Shown here piece after piece: positions 8,594 through 18,743 of a stretch of 64,000 bases of DNA (the stretch's first letter is position 1; every line of letters starts with the position of its first letter). Origin of the DNA: a virus (lineage: Duplodnaviria > Caudoviricetes); IMG/VR virus record IMGVR_UViG_3300009506_000084, positions 195-64,194 of that record. One strand, written 5' to 3'. Both the position numbers and the translations under genes were made by a program. Below the pieces are notes generated by a model, which made no database searches, had not been told where the DNA came from, and saw only the letters and a program-made list of their open reading frames with translations.

Positions 8594-10416
8594 CGACCTA
8601 TTATGTAGGCCCTGGCGGCAACGACGGCAACGCAGGTACCAGTTGGGCGCTGCGCAAGCTGACGCTGAACGGCGCGGAGGACATCCCCGTCGCGGCGGGC
8701 GACGTTGTCTATGTCGGCCCCGGCGTCTATAGAGAAACGCTGACCTGCGACGTGAGCGGCGGCAATACCTACACGACGGGGACCGTCACCGTGACGCAAG
8801 CCAGCGACCAGGTCACGGGTGCGGGCACGGCCTGGGTCGCCAACGTGGCGGCCGGCTATTGGTTTCACGTCCGCCGCTACCTCTACAACACCGACGGCGT
8901 CACCAATGGAACATCCACCTTCACCAGCGCGGCGGGGAATTTCCATGCCAACCTGATCGGGATGCCGATCCAGATCAACACGCGAGGGGCGTACACCATC
9001 TCAGCCGTGGTGGGAGCCACGTCGCTGACCCTGGCCGACCCGAATGGGCTGGGCTGGCCAGCGGCGGCAGGCGGCTTGACCTATTCCTGCATGACCGGCG
9101 AGGGCCATTATGAGATCGAGTCGGTGGACGACAACACGACGATCACGCTCTGCCAGCCGTGGCAGGGGCCGACGCATAGCGGCCTGGCCTACATCACGTT
9201 CAACGCGATTACCTACATCGCCGACCCAACGGGAGAGAATACGGATGGCGTAGGCGGGGTCGTTCGGCTCACTGGCTCGGACAACGATCAAACCGTGAAC
9301 CGCAACTACGGCATAGACAACAGCGCCGGGCGTGACTACCGGGTATTTCGTGGTCTCCGCGTGGATGGCACTGCCAGCTATGGCTATTATGGAAACGGTG
9401 CAGATCACGTCGTTATCGAGGACTGTCCATTCGTGGAGCAGGGTGCCGCCAGCTGGAGTAACTATTTGGCTACTTCTCTGGCGCACACTGTGCGGCGCTG
9501 TTATTTTCTGCCCCGCTACAGTAGCGGCTGGTTTGTCGGCTCGGCAGATGATACAGGCCATGTGTTTGAAAATAATGTGTTCCTCGGATCAACCTACAAA
9601 TCATTGGAGATCCGCAGTGCTGGCGGTGTCACTGTCCGCAACTGTCTATTTAAAAGCGGTCATCGTTTCGGCGGTATAGCATCGGGCTCTGTTGCCACGA
9701 CGGGCCAGACGTGGTGGGTTATCAACTCTGTATTTATCGGCAATGAGATTGGATTGGGCGGCGCAGCACTGGGCCAGATCACCGAGAATTACAACACGTT
9801 CTATCAAAATAACACCGACCGTCAAAATACTGCGACGGGGGCCAACTCGGTCCAGTATATGGCCCTGTTCGGGGCACCTTTGCTCTATGCCGGGGCCGAC
9901 GAATTGAGCGGTTTCAAAATCCCCTGGCGATTTGGACAACTGAGCCAATGGTCGGCCATTCGCGCCATCGCCGGATGGGATGAGCGCAATACTGACACAT
10001 ACGGCATCCGGCGCCCCGCCACGGCCGCCAAGTGTTCCTGGGGGCCGGTGCAGTACCATGACGTGGAGCGAGAGACAGGAACCATCTATGCCGGGACGGC
10101 CAGCATGAAGTTCAACGACGCGGGTTCGCACCAGGTATGGGTGCCACAGAACGGGACGGTCATCACCGTGTCGGTGTACGTCTACCGGGAGGCCAACTAT
10201 GCAGGCAACCTCCCACAAATGGTCATCAAGCAGCCGGGCCAGGCCGACCGGGTCACCACGGATGCCGGGGCGGCGGGAGGATGGAACTTGCTGACTGACA
10301 CATTCACCCCGGCGGCGCTGCCCGATTACGTGGTGGTGGAGTTGCAGAGCCAGAACACGGCGGCGGCGGGTAACTACGCAACATATTTCGACGCTTTCCG
10401 GGTAGCGGAAGCGTAA
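8590..10416 (+). CDS. Right-handed beta-helix (pectin-lyase-like) virion protein
   Basis: YYVGPGGNDGNAGTSW, AGDVVYVGPGVYRE, repeated VIEDC/VFENNVF/VTVRNCLF strands, carbohydrate-binding-like C-terminus. Confidence 0.75.
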   Translation: MTTYYVGPGGNDGNAGTSWALRKLTLNGAEDIPVAAGDVVYVGPGVYRETLTCDVSGGNTYTTGTVTVTQASDQVTGAGTAWVANVAAGYWFHVRRYLYNTDGVTNGTSTFTSAAGNFHANLIGMPIQINTRGAYTISAVVGATSLTLADPNGLGWPAAAGGLTYSCMTGEGHYEIESVDDNTTITLCQPWQGPTHSGLAYITFNAITYIADPTGENTDGVGGVVRLTGSDNDQTVNRNYGIDNSAGRDYRVFRGLRVDGTASYGYYGNGADHVVIEDCPFVEQGAASWSNYLATSLAHTVRRCYFLPRYSSGWFVGSADDTGHVFENNVFLGSTYKSLEIRSAGGVTVRNCLFKSGHRFGGIASGSVATTGQTWWVINSVFIGNEIGLGGAALGQITENYNTFYQNNTDRQNTATGANSVQYMALFGAPLLYAGADELSGFKIPWRFGQLSQWSAIRAIAGWDERNTDTYGIRRPATAAKCSWGPVQYHDVERETGTIYAGTASMKFNDAGSHQVWVPQNGTVITVSVYVYREANYAGNLPQMVIKQPGQADRVTTDAGAAGGWNLLTDTFTPAALPDYVVVELQSQNTAAAGNYATYFDAFRVAEA

Positions 10417-10425
10417 GGAGGAAGA

Positions 10426-10764
10426 ATGACAAGCCAAGCGCAGACGCAAAATTACCAGAGAATCAAAGAGGCGTCCTGTGGCGTTCACCTGTTGCCCTGG
10501 TATTACATTGGTGGGGCGGTCTTGCAGCCCAACGGCGAGCTTGAAGTCAACTTGCCTGCCGACGTGACGGCGGTAGTCATTGAGGCGCGGGGCGGGTACA
10601 TCCACTACAACGTGAACGGGGTCAACTGTGACACGAACAGTCCTGGCTACATCGTGGAAGACGGGATGAGAACCATCGGCCCGCTCTCTAACCTGACCAG
10701 CCTATGGATATACGGGGCAGACGCAACGACCTACGCTCACATTCAGTTCTACCGGGAGATGTAG
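10426..10764 (+). CDS. Hypothetical virion-associated protein
   Basis: AAGGAGG RBS, operon context. Confidence 0.55.
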   Translation: MTSQAQTQNYQRIKEASCGVHLLPWYYIGGAVLQPNGELEVNLPADVTAVVIEARGGYIHYNVNGVNCDTNSPGYIVEDGMRTIGPLSNLTSLWIYGADATTYAHIQFYREM

Positions 10765-10765
10765 C

Positions 10766-11572
10766 GTGAGCCAAGTTCGTGTTCCTGTTCTGCCTTACCA
10801 CCTGTGGGGTAAGCGATTCAGGCCCTTGCAAGGGCAGGGCCTACCAGGCGGTGGTGGCCCTGCCCCCGTCGCGGGCTTTACCTGGCACGATGGGGCCTAC
10901 GCGACAAGGCCCGCGGCCGGCGGTGCCAACAGCGATGCGTTTAGTGCCAACAACGATTATGTGTTTGAGCGCGACGATGGGGCATCGGCCTGGGTGCCGT
11001 GGGGGCCTCAATTTCCAATGGCCGAATCCCCGGCGGCAGGATGGTCGTGGGTGAATCAGGGTGGGGCTGCCATCGACGAGACGACAGGGGCGCCGATTTT
11101 AATCGCGCCCATAGTGGGGGGATTCAGCTTGCGTTGTCGTGTCCGGTCTATGCCCAGCGCACCCTATACACTGACGGCCTGTATTGCATTTCACTACCTT
11201 TGGACATCGGCAGGAAATGGGGCCGGGCTCCTGTTGAGGGACAGTGCCACCGGGCGTATTGTGACCTGGGGTTATTACAACGGGTCGGGGCAATTCTTTC
11301 GCTGTATGCATTGCACGGACGCAACAACCTATTCGTCCGCCCCGTATGGGAGCAACGGGATGCTGTGGCGGCGCATGTGGCTACAAATTTACGATGACAG
11401 CGTTGACAACTATTTCCGTGTCTCCTACGACGGGGAGCATTGGCTGACGTTACATTCTCAGGGCCGAACGACGTGGTTGGCAAACCCTGACCAAATTGGA
11501 TTCTTTTTGCACGCGGGTGGTGGGACATCAGATGAACTGGGGGTTTCTATTTTGTCCTGGGAGACAAGCTGA
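10766..11572 (+). CDS. Lectin/ConA-like beta-sandwich protein, paralog 1
   Basis: WSWVNQGGA, RDSATGR, SYDGEHW, TWLANPDQIGF shared with the next two genes. Confidence 0.6.
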   Translation: MSQVRVPVLPYHLWGKRFRPLQGQGLPGGGGPAPVAGFTWHDGAYATRPAAGGANSDAFSANNDYVFERDDGASAWVPWGPQFPMAESPAAGWSWVNQGGAAIDETTGAPILIAPIVGGFSLRCRVRSMPSAPYTLTACIAFHYLWTSAGNGAGLLLRDSATGRIVTWGYYNGSGQFFRCMHCTDATTYSSAPYGSNGMLWRRMWLQIYDDSVDNYFRVSYDGEHWLTLHSQGRTTWLANPDQIGFFLHAGGGTSDELGVSILSWETS

Positions 11573-12255
11573 TGACGACGACGGTCTACACGGGCACCCA
11601 CGCGGCACGGCCCGCACCTGGCACAATCAACGACCTGTATCTGCCGTCAGATGGCGCGCATCTGAATTGGGACAGTGGCGCGTTGTGGGTACCCTGGGGA
11701 GAGGTAAACCCGATGGTGGTCGTGCCGACGGCGGGTTGGTCGTGGGTCAACCAAGGGGGCGCGGTGATAGACGAATCGGATGGAGCAGCCACCATCTATA
11801 TCGACAGTGAGGCGTCATGGAACCTGCGCTGCCGCGCCCGCGCTATGCCAGGAACGCCGTGGACGCTGACAGCCTGCCTTCTGGGCACACACCAGACCCA
11901 GGTTGCGTACAGGTTCACCGGCGTGTTTGTGCGGGACAGCGCCACCGGGCGGGTGCTCGTTTTCGGTTATGGCACCGAAACCCTTTACATTATACACATG
12001 ACCGATGTCACAACGTTTAGCGCCACGGCCTGGAGCCAGGCTCACTTCAACTTTCAACCGTTCTGGCTAAGGGTCAGTGACGATGGGGTCAACCACACGT
12101 TTTATCTGTCCCTGTGGGGCCAGGACTGGGCGCAGGTACACCAGCAGGGGCGTGCGACATGGCTGGCGAACGCTGACCAGATTGGATTCTTTGCCCAGGC
12201 TGCGGCGGCCGGTTTCGGCCACCACGCGACGCTGCTGAGCTGGGAGGAAAGCTGA
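11572..12255 (+). CDS. Lectin/ConA-like beta-sandwich protein, paralog 2
   Basis: WSWVNQGGA, RDSATGR, DDGVNHT, TWLANADQIGF, LLSWEES. Confidence 0.6.
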   Translation: MTTTVYTGTHAARPAPGTINDLYLPSDGAHLNWDSGALWVPWGEVNPMVVVPTAGWSWVNQGGAVIDESDGAATIYIDSEASWNLRCRARAMPGTPWTLTACLLGTHQTQVAYRFTGVFVRDSATGRVLVFGYGTETLYIIHMTDVTTFSATAWSQAHFNFQPFWLRVSDDGVNHTFYLSLWGQDWAQVHQQGRATWLANADQIGFFAQAAAAGFGHHATLLSWEES

Positions 12256-12929
12256 TGGCCCAATTTTACAGCGATGCCTATGCAGCCCGACCCGCAGCGG
12301 GAACCGACGGCGACCTATTCATCCCAACCGACGGCTATCACCTGTTTCGGGATAATGGGGGCGCGTGGACACCCTGGGGTCTTATCTTTCCCATGAGCGC
12401 ACCGCCGACCACGGGGTGGTCGTGGGTCAACCAGAGCACGGCAACCGTAGACGAGAGCCGGACGGTCTTTCACATGAACGCATCGACCACAGGAGGCAGT
12501 AACCAATGGCGGCTGCGCGTCCGTTCGGCCCCCAGCACACCGTGGACCTTGACAACCTACGTAGAGAACCCGCACTGGAACGGAATGCACGCAGGCTTGC
12601 TGGTCCGGGACAGTTCATCGGGCCGATTCACCATCCTGGGGCGGTTGACCCGAGAATATATGACCATCCGGCGATACACGGCACCGGCCACATTCAGCGC
12701 CGCCGTGTTCACAAACACCGTCCCGTATGGACAACACCCCTGGTGGTGGCGGCTGGTTGACGATGGCGTTAACCACACCTACTATTACTCAGCCGACGGG
12801 CAACACTTTGTGCAGATTTACCAGGAAGCGCGGGCGACGTTCACCGCCAATCCCGACCAAATAGGTTGGGGCATGAATCCGTACACTGTAGACCAGATCA
12901 TGGCGCTCTGGTCATGGGACGAAAGCTAA
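12255..12929 (+). CDS. Lectin/ConA-like beta-sandwich protein, paralog 3
   Basis: WSWVNQS, RDSSSGR, DDGVNHT, FTANPDQIGW, LWSWDES. Confidence 0.6.
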   Translation: MAQFYSDAYAARPAAGTDGDLFIPTDGYHLFRDNGGAWTPWGLIFPMSAPPTTGWSWVNQSTATVDESRTVFHMNASTTGGSNQWRLRVRSAPSTPWTLTTYVENPHWNGMHAGLLVRDSSSGRFTILGRLTREYMTIRRYTAPATFSAAVFTNTVPYGQHPWWWRLVDDGVNHTYYYSADGQHFVQIYQEARATFTANPDQIGWGMNPYTVDQIMALWSWDES

Positions 12930-12943
12930 AAAGGGGGGGGCAG

Positions 12944-13471
12944 GTGGCCTATCTATACGGATACAACCAACTGTTGGTGATGTTTCTCAGGGAAAACGAA
13001 GTGCAGGAAGGGCCGCCAGGCCAGTACGATGATGTGTTGCGTTTCGATGAGGACACGAACCCCGATGTTGTGTCGGGCATCTTGGCAGCCTGGGACGCAC
13101 ACCGACTGGTTGACGGCGAACTGCGGCGCAACGGCCAGCCGGTGCCCATCAATCTGCCAGGGGAATCTTACAAGGAAGCCTTGCAAGCAGAGCAGGTCAA
13201 GAACGTGGTACGCCATTATTTGACGGGGCTGGGTGACTTGGGCATCGTCGATTTCGGATATGCCTACACGGCCCGCCTATTGGCACTGGCAAACGGGGAG
13301 GATGACGCGACGATATTTGCCATCGACGACCGGGCGTCGGCTACGTCTTATGTGGCTGGCATGTCCCAATGGGCCGAGTTGCCAGCATCGGTGCGCCAGT
13401 GGCTGGTCGTTGACCTGGAAAGCAGGGCCTACGACGCCATGGTGATTCGCGTGCTGTTGGTAGACCGATGA
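12944..13471 (+). CDS. Hypothetical protein
   Basis: GTG start after a purine run; operon context. Confidence 0.5.
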   Translation: MAYLYGYNQLLVMFLRENEVQEGPPGQYDDVLRFDEDTNPDVVSGILAAWDAHRLVDGELRRNGQPVPINLPGESYKEALQAEQVKNVVRHYLTGLGDLGIVDFGYAYTARLLALANGEDDATIFAIDDRASATSYVAGMSQWAELPASVRQWLVVDLESRAYDAMVIRVLLVDR

Positions 13472-13686
13472 GGGGAAAGGGCGTGACCTCCACACTGGCC
13501 TTGATGGCCGTCGTGCTGCTGGCTGCGGGCATCGACCTGAACGCCCTGTTGCCTTACTTGCCGACCAGCCTGGTCCTGCCGGGGGTCGTGCTGGCGGGCT
13601 GGTTGTTGGTGGCGGGGGCAGGGTGTGGCATCATGGCCGCGGCAGCTTTTTTTGCCTTTTTGAACCGGTGGAGGCGACATGGATAG
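13468..13686 (+). CDS. Small membrane protein (2 TM, basic tail; holin-like topology possible)
   Basis: Two hydrophobic segments, C-terminal NRWRRHG. Confidence 0.45.
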   Translation: MRGKGVTSTLALMAVVLLAAGIDLNALLPYLPTSLVLPGVVLAGWLLVAGAGCGIMAAAAFFAFLNRWRRHG

Positions 13687-16001
13687 ACTAGAACTCAACA
13701 GGCCGCACGGATACTTGATGTGGAAGGGGGTCAAGCAAGCCGTGGTTAGCCCGATTGAACTGCCGACCGGGGTAGAAATGCGCGTCACCACCGGCCAGGA
13801 AGGGTTCGGGGTCGTTATCCTGGACCGCCCGGCCCGCATGATTGCCGCAGAGGTAGACAGGAAAGAGTATTTTGAGGACCACCGGGTCACCCGCAAGGAG
13901 CGGGAAGGATGGTGGCCTGATGTTGAATTTCTGTTCGTTTACCCGGTTTCCAACTTTGACGCTTTCGACCGCATCCGAAAGAAAGCCAAATTGGAGCCGA
14001 CCAATGACGCCGATTGCCCTGACTGCCTGCAAAACATAGACGGTTTGTGTCGTCTGCACGACGTGGAGTGTAAAGACGGGTATCGGTGTGACGAGTTCAC
14101 CGAGATTAAAGATTGGCGCACTGGCGAGATTGTTCAGGGCCAGGAGCCGGAAACCAAGCAGGGGCAGGAGGCCACCATGCCGTACACAATCGAAGAAAAG
14201 GGGGATGAATACTGCGTCATCAAAGAGGACACGGGAGAAGAAGTCAAATGTCATCCTACTATGAAAGAAGCCCAGGCGCACCTTGCCGCGTTGAAAATCA
14301 ACGTGGAGGAAGCGGAAGAAAAGGAGTCGGAGCCAGAACAACCCGACATCGAAGCGTTGCAGGCCCGCATTGCCGAGTTGGAGCAGAAGGCAGCGCAGTT
14401 TGACGAAAGCGAATGGGACGGGGCCGCGGCCAACTGGCCCGACACCGCCGCCTATTGCAAAAGCTGCCTCATCGACGTGAACCCGGCGGGCGAAGACAAG
14501 GTGCAGGCGCTGTGCAAGCTGCCGGTCTACGCACCTGGCAGCAAGAAGCCGAACAAAGCTGCCGTCAAGGCTGCGGGTGGCGGGGCGCGGGGCGTCTCGG
14601 CCCTCAAAAAGCCGGAGGGGGTCAGCGGGGAAGCCTGGTCGCAGGCCGTGAACGAGGCCAAGCGGCGGCTGCGGGGTTGGTGGCCGGATGCGTTCGATAC
14701 CGAACCGCCGGAGAGCCTGAAAGCCATCAAACAAGAGGAAGAACCCGCAGAGGAAGAAGCGGAAGGGGTCTGCTACTGTGCCAAGTGTGATGAGGAAGTT
14801 CCTCACATGAAAGGGACCGATTGCGCTGACCAGGCCTGCCCCAAGTGTGAAGGCCCCTTGAAAGCGGTCGAAGAAGGGGAGGCTACCGAAGAACCCCAAG
14901 AGGAAGAAAAGGCGGGCCGTCGGCTCAGGTCGGGATGGGTCAAGAAGCTGAAAGAGGCCGTGGCAACCTTGACTGAATTTCTGGGCTTTGCCGAGTATGA
15001 CGACCTGGAAGGTGGGGAGTTGGGCTGGTTCAAGAGCCAGCAAGCCAAGTTTGCCATCAAGCAAGGGCCGGACGGGGAACCCTGGGTCGTGGCCTGGTCG
15101 TCCAATGCGTTCATCGACCGCGACAAGGAGATTTTCAGCACCAGTGGCCTGGAGCGATACGTCAGGGACAACGAAGGGCGCAAGAAAAAGGGAACGTTCA
15201 ACTTTTGGCACATTCCCGGCACCGAGTACGCTGAAAAAAGGTGGCAAGGGGTCGTCGGTCGATTCCTGCTTGAAACCGGCCCGTTCCTGGACACAGCGGC
15301 GGGCCGTCAAGCCAAAGCCTTTTTCACACAATATCCGGACAATCACCCCACGATTGCCCCCGAAGGGTGGGGCACATCGGTTGAGTTTCGCTATCTGCCA
15401 GAAGAAAAAAAGAATCGCGTGTTTGAGCATTTCTGGATTACGCGGACGTCCATTCTACCCAAATTGAATGCCGCGAACATCTGGACAAAAGGAGGAATTC
15501 ACATGGCGTTGACAGAGGAACAGGAAAAGGCCCTGCGTGAGGTCTTCCCTGACAGTGCCGACCAACTCATCAAGCAAGGACAGGACCAGACGAAAGAGTT
15601 GGAGGAAGGGGGTGGCCCACAAAGAGGCCGAACCGGAAAGCGACGAAGCGGAGAAAGAATCTCAGCCGGACCCGGAGCCAGCCTTTGATTGGGACAAGCT
15701 TATCAAGGCTGTGGCGGGTGAAGTGGCCGACCGGCTGGATGTGGACGTGACCGAACCGCTGTCTAAGATGGGGCAGCGACTGGAAGAAATGGCGGACCGT
15801 ATGGACCGGTACGAGCAGGCGAGAAGCGACGAGAAGGAAGTAAGCACAACGCGATATCGCCTGTCCCTTGAGCAGAAGCAGGCGTCAGAAGCAGCGGAAA
15901 CGGTGCTGGACGACGACGACGAACTGCAAAAGGCCAAGCCAAAGGAAACCGACCCCAAAGAAAAGAAAAGCGGTGCCGACCACTTCTATCCGCCCAAGTA
16001 A
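13679..16001 (+). CDS. Multidomain prohead protease/scaffold; frameshifted near 15608 (ORFs 13679..15688 and 15537..16001)
   Basis: Directly upstream of the capsid gene; protease-like segment WSSNAFIDRDKEIF..FWH..WGTSVEF..SILP..AAN; in-frame RBS+ATG at 14177 and 15503; acidic scaffold sequence continues in the +1 frame (GVAHKEAEPES...). Confidence 0.7.
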
Positions 16002-16059
16002 CAGCGGGTAGCGGGAAGGCCCCTATTCTTGCCACGAACAAAAGAGAGGGACGGCAGAG

Positions 16060-17493
16060 ATGAATGAACAGGAAGTTTTGAGTTTGGTTGCGCGTGCATT
16101 CCAGCAACTGGCAGAGGGCCAGAAGGCGTCGGGGACTCCGGCGGGGTATGCACCGCTCTACGGCTCAGGCGGTCTTTTTGGCCGCTGTGACGGCCCGTCG
16201 ATGCTGGTCAACGCCATGGTTGGCCCCATCGGCGTTGAGAGCAAGTTCCAGTGGATTGGGAACGACACGGAACGGGAATTTGTTGACACCCTGACCCAGA
16301 TTCAGGAAAGCGGCAGCGAGCAATCCACCGCCTGCGGCGACTGTGTCACGGTGTATCAGAAGGCTTGTGCGCAATTCTATTGTTTCGGACGGTTTTGCAG
16401 GCAGACGCCTGAGGAACAGTTCGACAACATCGGCTTGCGCGCCAACGCCCAGGTCCCGGTGAAAACGCTGTTTGGGGCCATCACCGACGCGTCGGGCGCT
16501 GTCCTGGTCCCGATGGGCGAGACCATCAGCGACAGTTTCTATCTCATGGCACGAAGCGCGGGCTATGCGCTGCGCTTCAAGAACAGCCAGTTGATTTGGA
16601 CGGGCAATCCGGCCAACAACGCGGGCAGCTACGCCGAATACAACGGCTTGGAGCAAATCGTCAACACCGGCAAGTTCGACGCGTACACCCAACTGACCTG
16701 CACCGCACTCGACAGCTTCTTGCAGAACTTCGGCAGCAACAACCCGCAATCGGCAGGCACCTACGCCATCCAGTCCTGGTTCCGGCGCGCCGTCGGCCAA
16801 CTGATGCGCCGGGCGGGGGGTGCCAACATGGACTGGACGACCGCAAACATGTTCATCGTCATGAGCGACAACATGTGGGACTGCGTCGCCCGCACCTACG
16901 CCTGCACCGGCATGGACCTGTGCGAAGGGCTGAGCGCAAGCGCAGCCGACGCCCGCGTGATGAACCAATCCGCGGACCAGGCCCTGAACCGCTACGAGCA
17001 GTACACCAGCCAGATGCAGTTGCCCATCTACGGGCGCAACTACCCGGTGGTCCTGGACACCCAGTTGACCGAGACGACCGGCCAGCCCAACGGCGTTTGC
17101 TCCGACATCTACTTCCTCACCGAAGCCATCAACGGCGAAACCATCTTGTATGGCGAGTACCAGGACTTCAACCGCACGTATGGGCGGGTCCACCAGGAGA
17201 TGCGGGCCATGTTCGCCAGCGATGACATTGCCATCACCGATAACGGTCGGTACGCGGTCATCCGCGACAACGTCAGGGGCTGCTTCGACATCCAAATCCT
17301 GACCAAGCCGCGGCTGGTGGCCCTGGCCCCCTGGCTGTGTGCCAGAATCCAGAACGTGTGCTGCAACGTCGGTGGCGACGGGACTCCCTATCCCGACCCG
17401 ACCCTGAGCGGCACCGTCTATGAGCCGGGCTGCGGTCGCACCACGACCCCAATCCCGACCCTGTACGGGTCCTGCCCTGAGACCCTGAGCTAG
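16060..17493 (+). CDS. Major capsid protein, cysteine-rich
   Basis: Follows scaffold; strongly biased codons; IWTGNP..EYNGLEQIVNTG, SDIYFLT and KPRLVALAPWLCARIQNV are HK97-fold-like segments; followed by a terminator. Confidence 0.85.
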   Translation: MNEQEVLSLVARAFQQLAEGQKASGTPAGYAPLYGSGGLFGRCDGPSMLVNAMVGPIGVESKFQWIGNDTEREFVDTLTQIQESGSEQSTACGDCVTVYQKACAQFYCFGRFCRQTPEEQFDNIGLRANAQVPVKTLFGAITDASGAVLVPMGETISDSFYLMARSAGYALRFKNSQLIWTGNPANNAGSYAEYNGLEQIVNTGKFDAYTQLTCTALDSFLQNFGSNNPQSAGTYAIQSWFRRAVGQLMRRAGGANMDWTTANMFIVMSDNMWDCVARTYACTGMDLCEGLSASAADARVMNQSADQALNRYEQYTSQMQLPIYGRNYPVVLDTQLTETTGQPNGVCSDIYFLTEAINGETILYGEYQDFNRTYGRVHQEMRAMFASDDIAITDNGRYAVIRDNVRGCFDIQILTKPRLVALAPWLCARIQNVCCNVGGDGTPYPDPTLSGTVYEPGCGRTTTPIPTLYGSCPETLS

Positions 17494-17500
17494 TCATGCA

Positions 17501-17560
17501 GCAAGTGTGCGGTGGGAACTATGAGCGGACAACTCTCCCGCCGCGCACTTGCTCCTTTTC
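17501..17560 (+). terminator. Terminator after the major capsid gene
   Basis: 17-bp stem GCAAGTGTGCGGTGGGA / TCCCGCCGCGCACTTGC (two G:U pairs) followed by TCCTTTTC. Confidence 0.65.
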
Positions 17561-17577
17561 GGGCAATGTGGTATAAT
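17549..17577 (+). promoter_or_regulatory. Sigma70-type promoter for the glycan/effector island
   Basis: TTGCTC, 17 nt spacer, TGgTATAAT; GGAG RBS and ATG at 17608 follow. Confidence 0.65.
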
Positions 17578-17607
17578 AGCCGCAGTGAATAGCCTGGGAG
17601 GGAGTTC

Positions 17608-18030
17608 ATGACGCAAGAAATGAAAAAAGAGGGCAACGTGGAAGAAGGGTCTGCGTTGCCCTCTTTTCAAGTTGAAGTCGTCGGCCTGACCCTGGAAGCA
17701 GGCCACGGCATCACCTGCCAGCCCAGGGAGGGGTTAGACCCCATCTTCCGGCCTATCCCTGATTGGACCCGGCCAGAGCTGACCGTCCAGGTCAAGGGGA
17801 CAGGCCGGGAACTGAAAAGGCTCTTTCGGAACCGGGCCTACTTTTTCGTCCCGCGCCACCTATTGGACCAAGAACAGACCTGGGACCTGGACGTGACCGA
17901 CGACGTGCTGGCGGGGCTGAGGGAAGCGGGGTTGTTGACCCAGGAATTGCGAGACGCCATAGACCAAATGAAATCAACGGAAAGTTCTTGTATGCACAGT
18001 GATACTAAGGCGGTACCGCCGTGCATGTAG
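17608..18030 (+). CDS. Hypothetical protein
   Basis: RBS GGGAG, first gene after the promoter. Confidence 0.55.
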   Translation: MTQEMKKEGNVEEGSALPSFQVEVVGLTLEAGHGITCQPREGLDPIFRPIPDWTRPELTVQVKGTGRELKRLFRNRAYFFVPRHLLDQEQTWDLDVTDDVLAGLREAGLLTQELRDAIDQMKSTESSCMHSDTKAVPPCM

Positions 18031-18743
18031 AAGCCTATTGCATCGCGCACTACGGGGCGGATTACATCGGGTATGCGCTGGCGTCGGTGGAGCCGCACGT
18101 CGACAAGATTCATGTCGTCTACACGCCGCACCCGTCCCACGGCCGCACGACCGACCTGCCCTGCCCGGACACCCGGCAGGCCATGATGGACGCGGCCCTT
18201 GACGTGCCGAAGACCATCTGGCACGAAACGAGCCTGTTCTGGCAGGAAGGGCCTCACCGGGACTTTGCCGAATCGCTATGCCGGGGTGACCTGGCGCTGG
18301 TGGTCGATTGCGACGAAGTATGGCACGGGGAGGTCTTGGAGCAGGCGTTGAAGATGGCCTACGACGGGGAGGCTAAGCGATGGCGCGTCAACTTCACAAC
18401 GCCGTGGAGAAGTTTCAAGTGGGTGGTGACTGACCCGCTGTGGCCGGACCGCATCATCGACCTAAGACCGGGCAAGAAGGGGTATGGCTACGTCAGCGCC
18501 AGCCCCATCTGGCACTTCGGCTACGCGACCCGCACCGACATCGTTAAGTATAAGATGAGTATCCACGGCCATGCGGGAGAGTGGAGGCCCAACTGGTTTG
18601 CCGACAAGTGGACGCCGTGGCCCCCGGTCGATGACCTGCATCCGACCAATGTGAATTTCTGGTACCCGCAGCCCTTGGACCGCAACCGCCTGCCTGCCAT
18701 CATGCACAAACACCCTTTTTGGGAGCTGGAGCCGATATCATGA
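18021..18743 (+). CDS. GT-A fold (GT2-like) glycosyltransferase
   Basis: IGYALASVEPHVDKIHVV, LVVDCDEVW (DxD), IWHFGYA. Confidence 0.7.
   Translation: MHVEAYCIAHYGADYIGYALASVEPHVDKIHVVYTPHPSHGRTTDLPCPDTRQAMMDAALDVPKTIWHETSLFWQEGPHRDFAESLCRGDLALVVDCDEVWHGEVLEQALKMAYDGEAKRWRVNFTTPWRSFKWVVTDPLWPDRIIDLRPGKKGYGYVSASPIWHFGYATRTDIVKYKMSIHGHAGEWRPNWFADKWTPWPPVDDLHPTNVNFWYPQPLDRNRLPAIMHKHPFWELEPIS

Noticed and set aside
10766-12929. Diversity-generating retroelement acting on the lectin-like genes
   Set aside because: No reverse transcriptase in the window and no near-identical template/variable repeat pair differing only at adenines was seen
12928-12940. A5G8 homopolymer before the 12944 start as a phase-variation switch
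   Set aside because: Intergenic and explainable as an RBS; no evidence of length variation from a single sequence
13688-15430. Long minus-strand ORFs (also 16165..17295, 30557..31828, 46260..47858, 49930..51585)
   Set aside because: Antisense shadows of GC-rich, codon-biased plus-strand genes; no recognisable motifs
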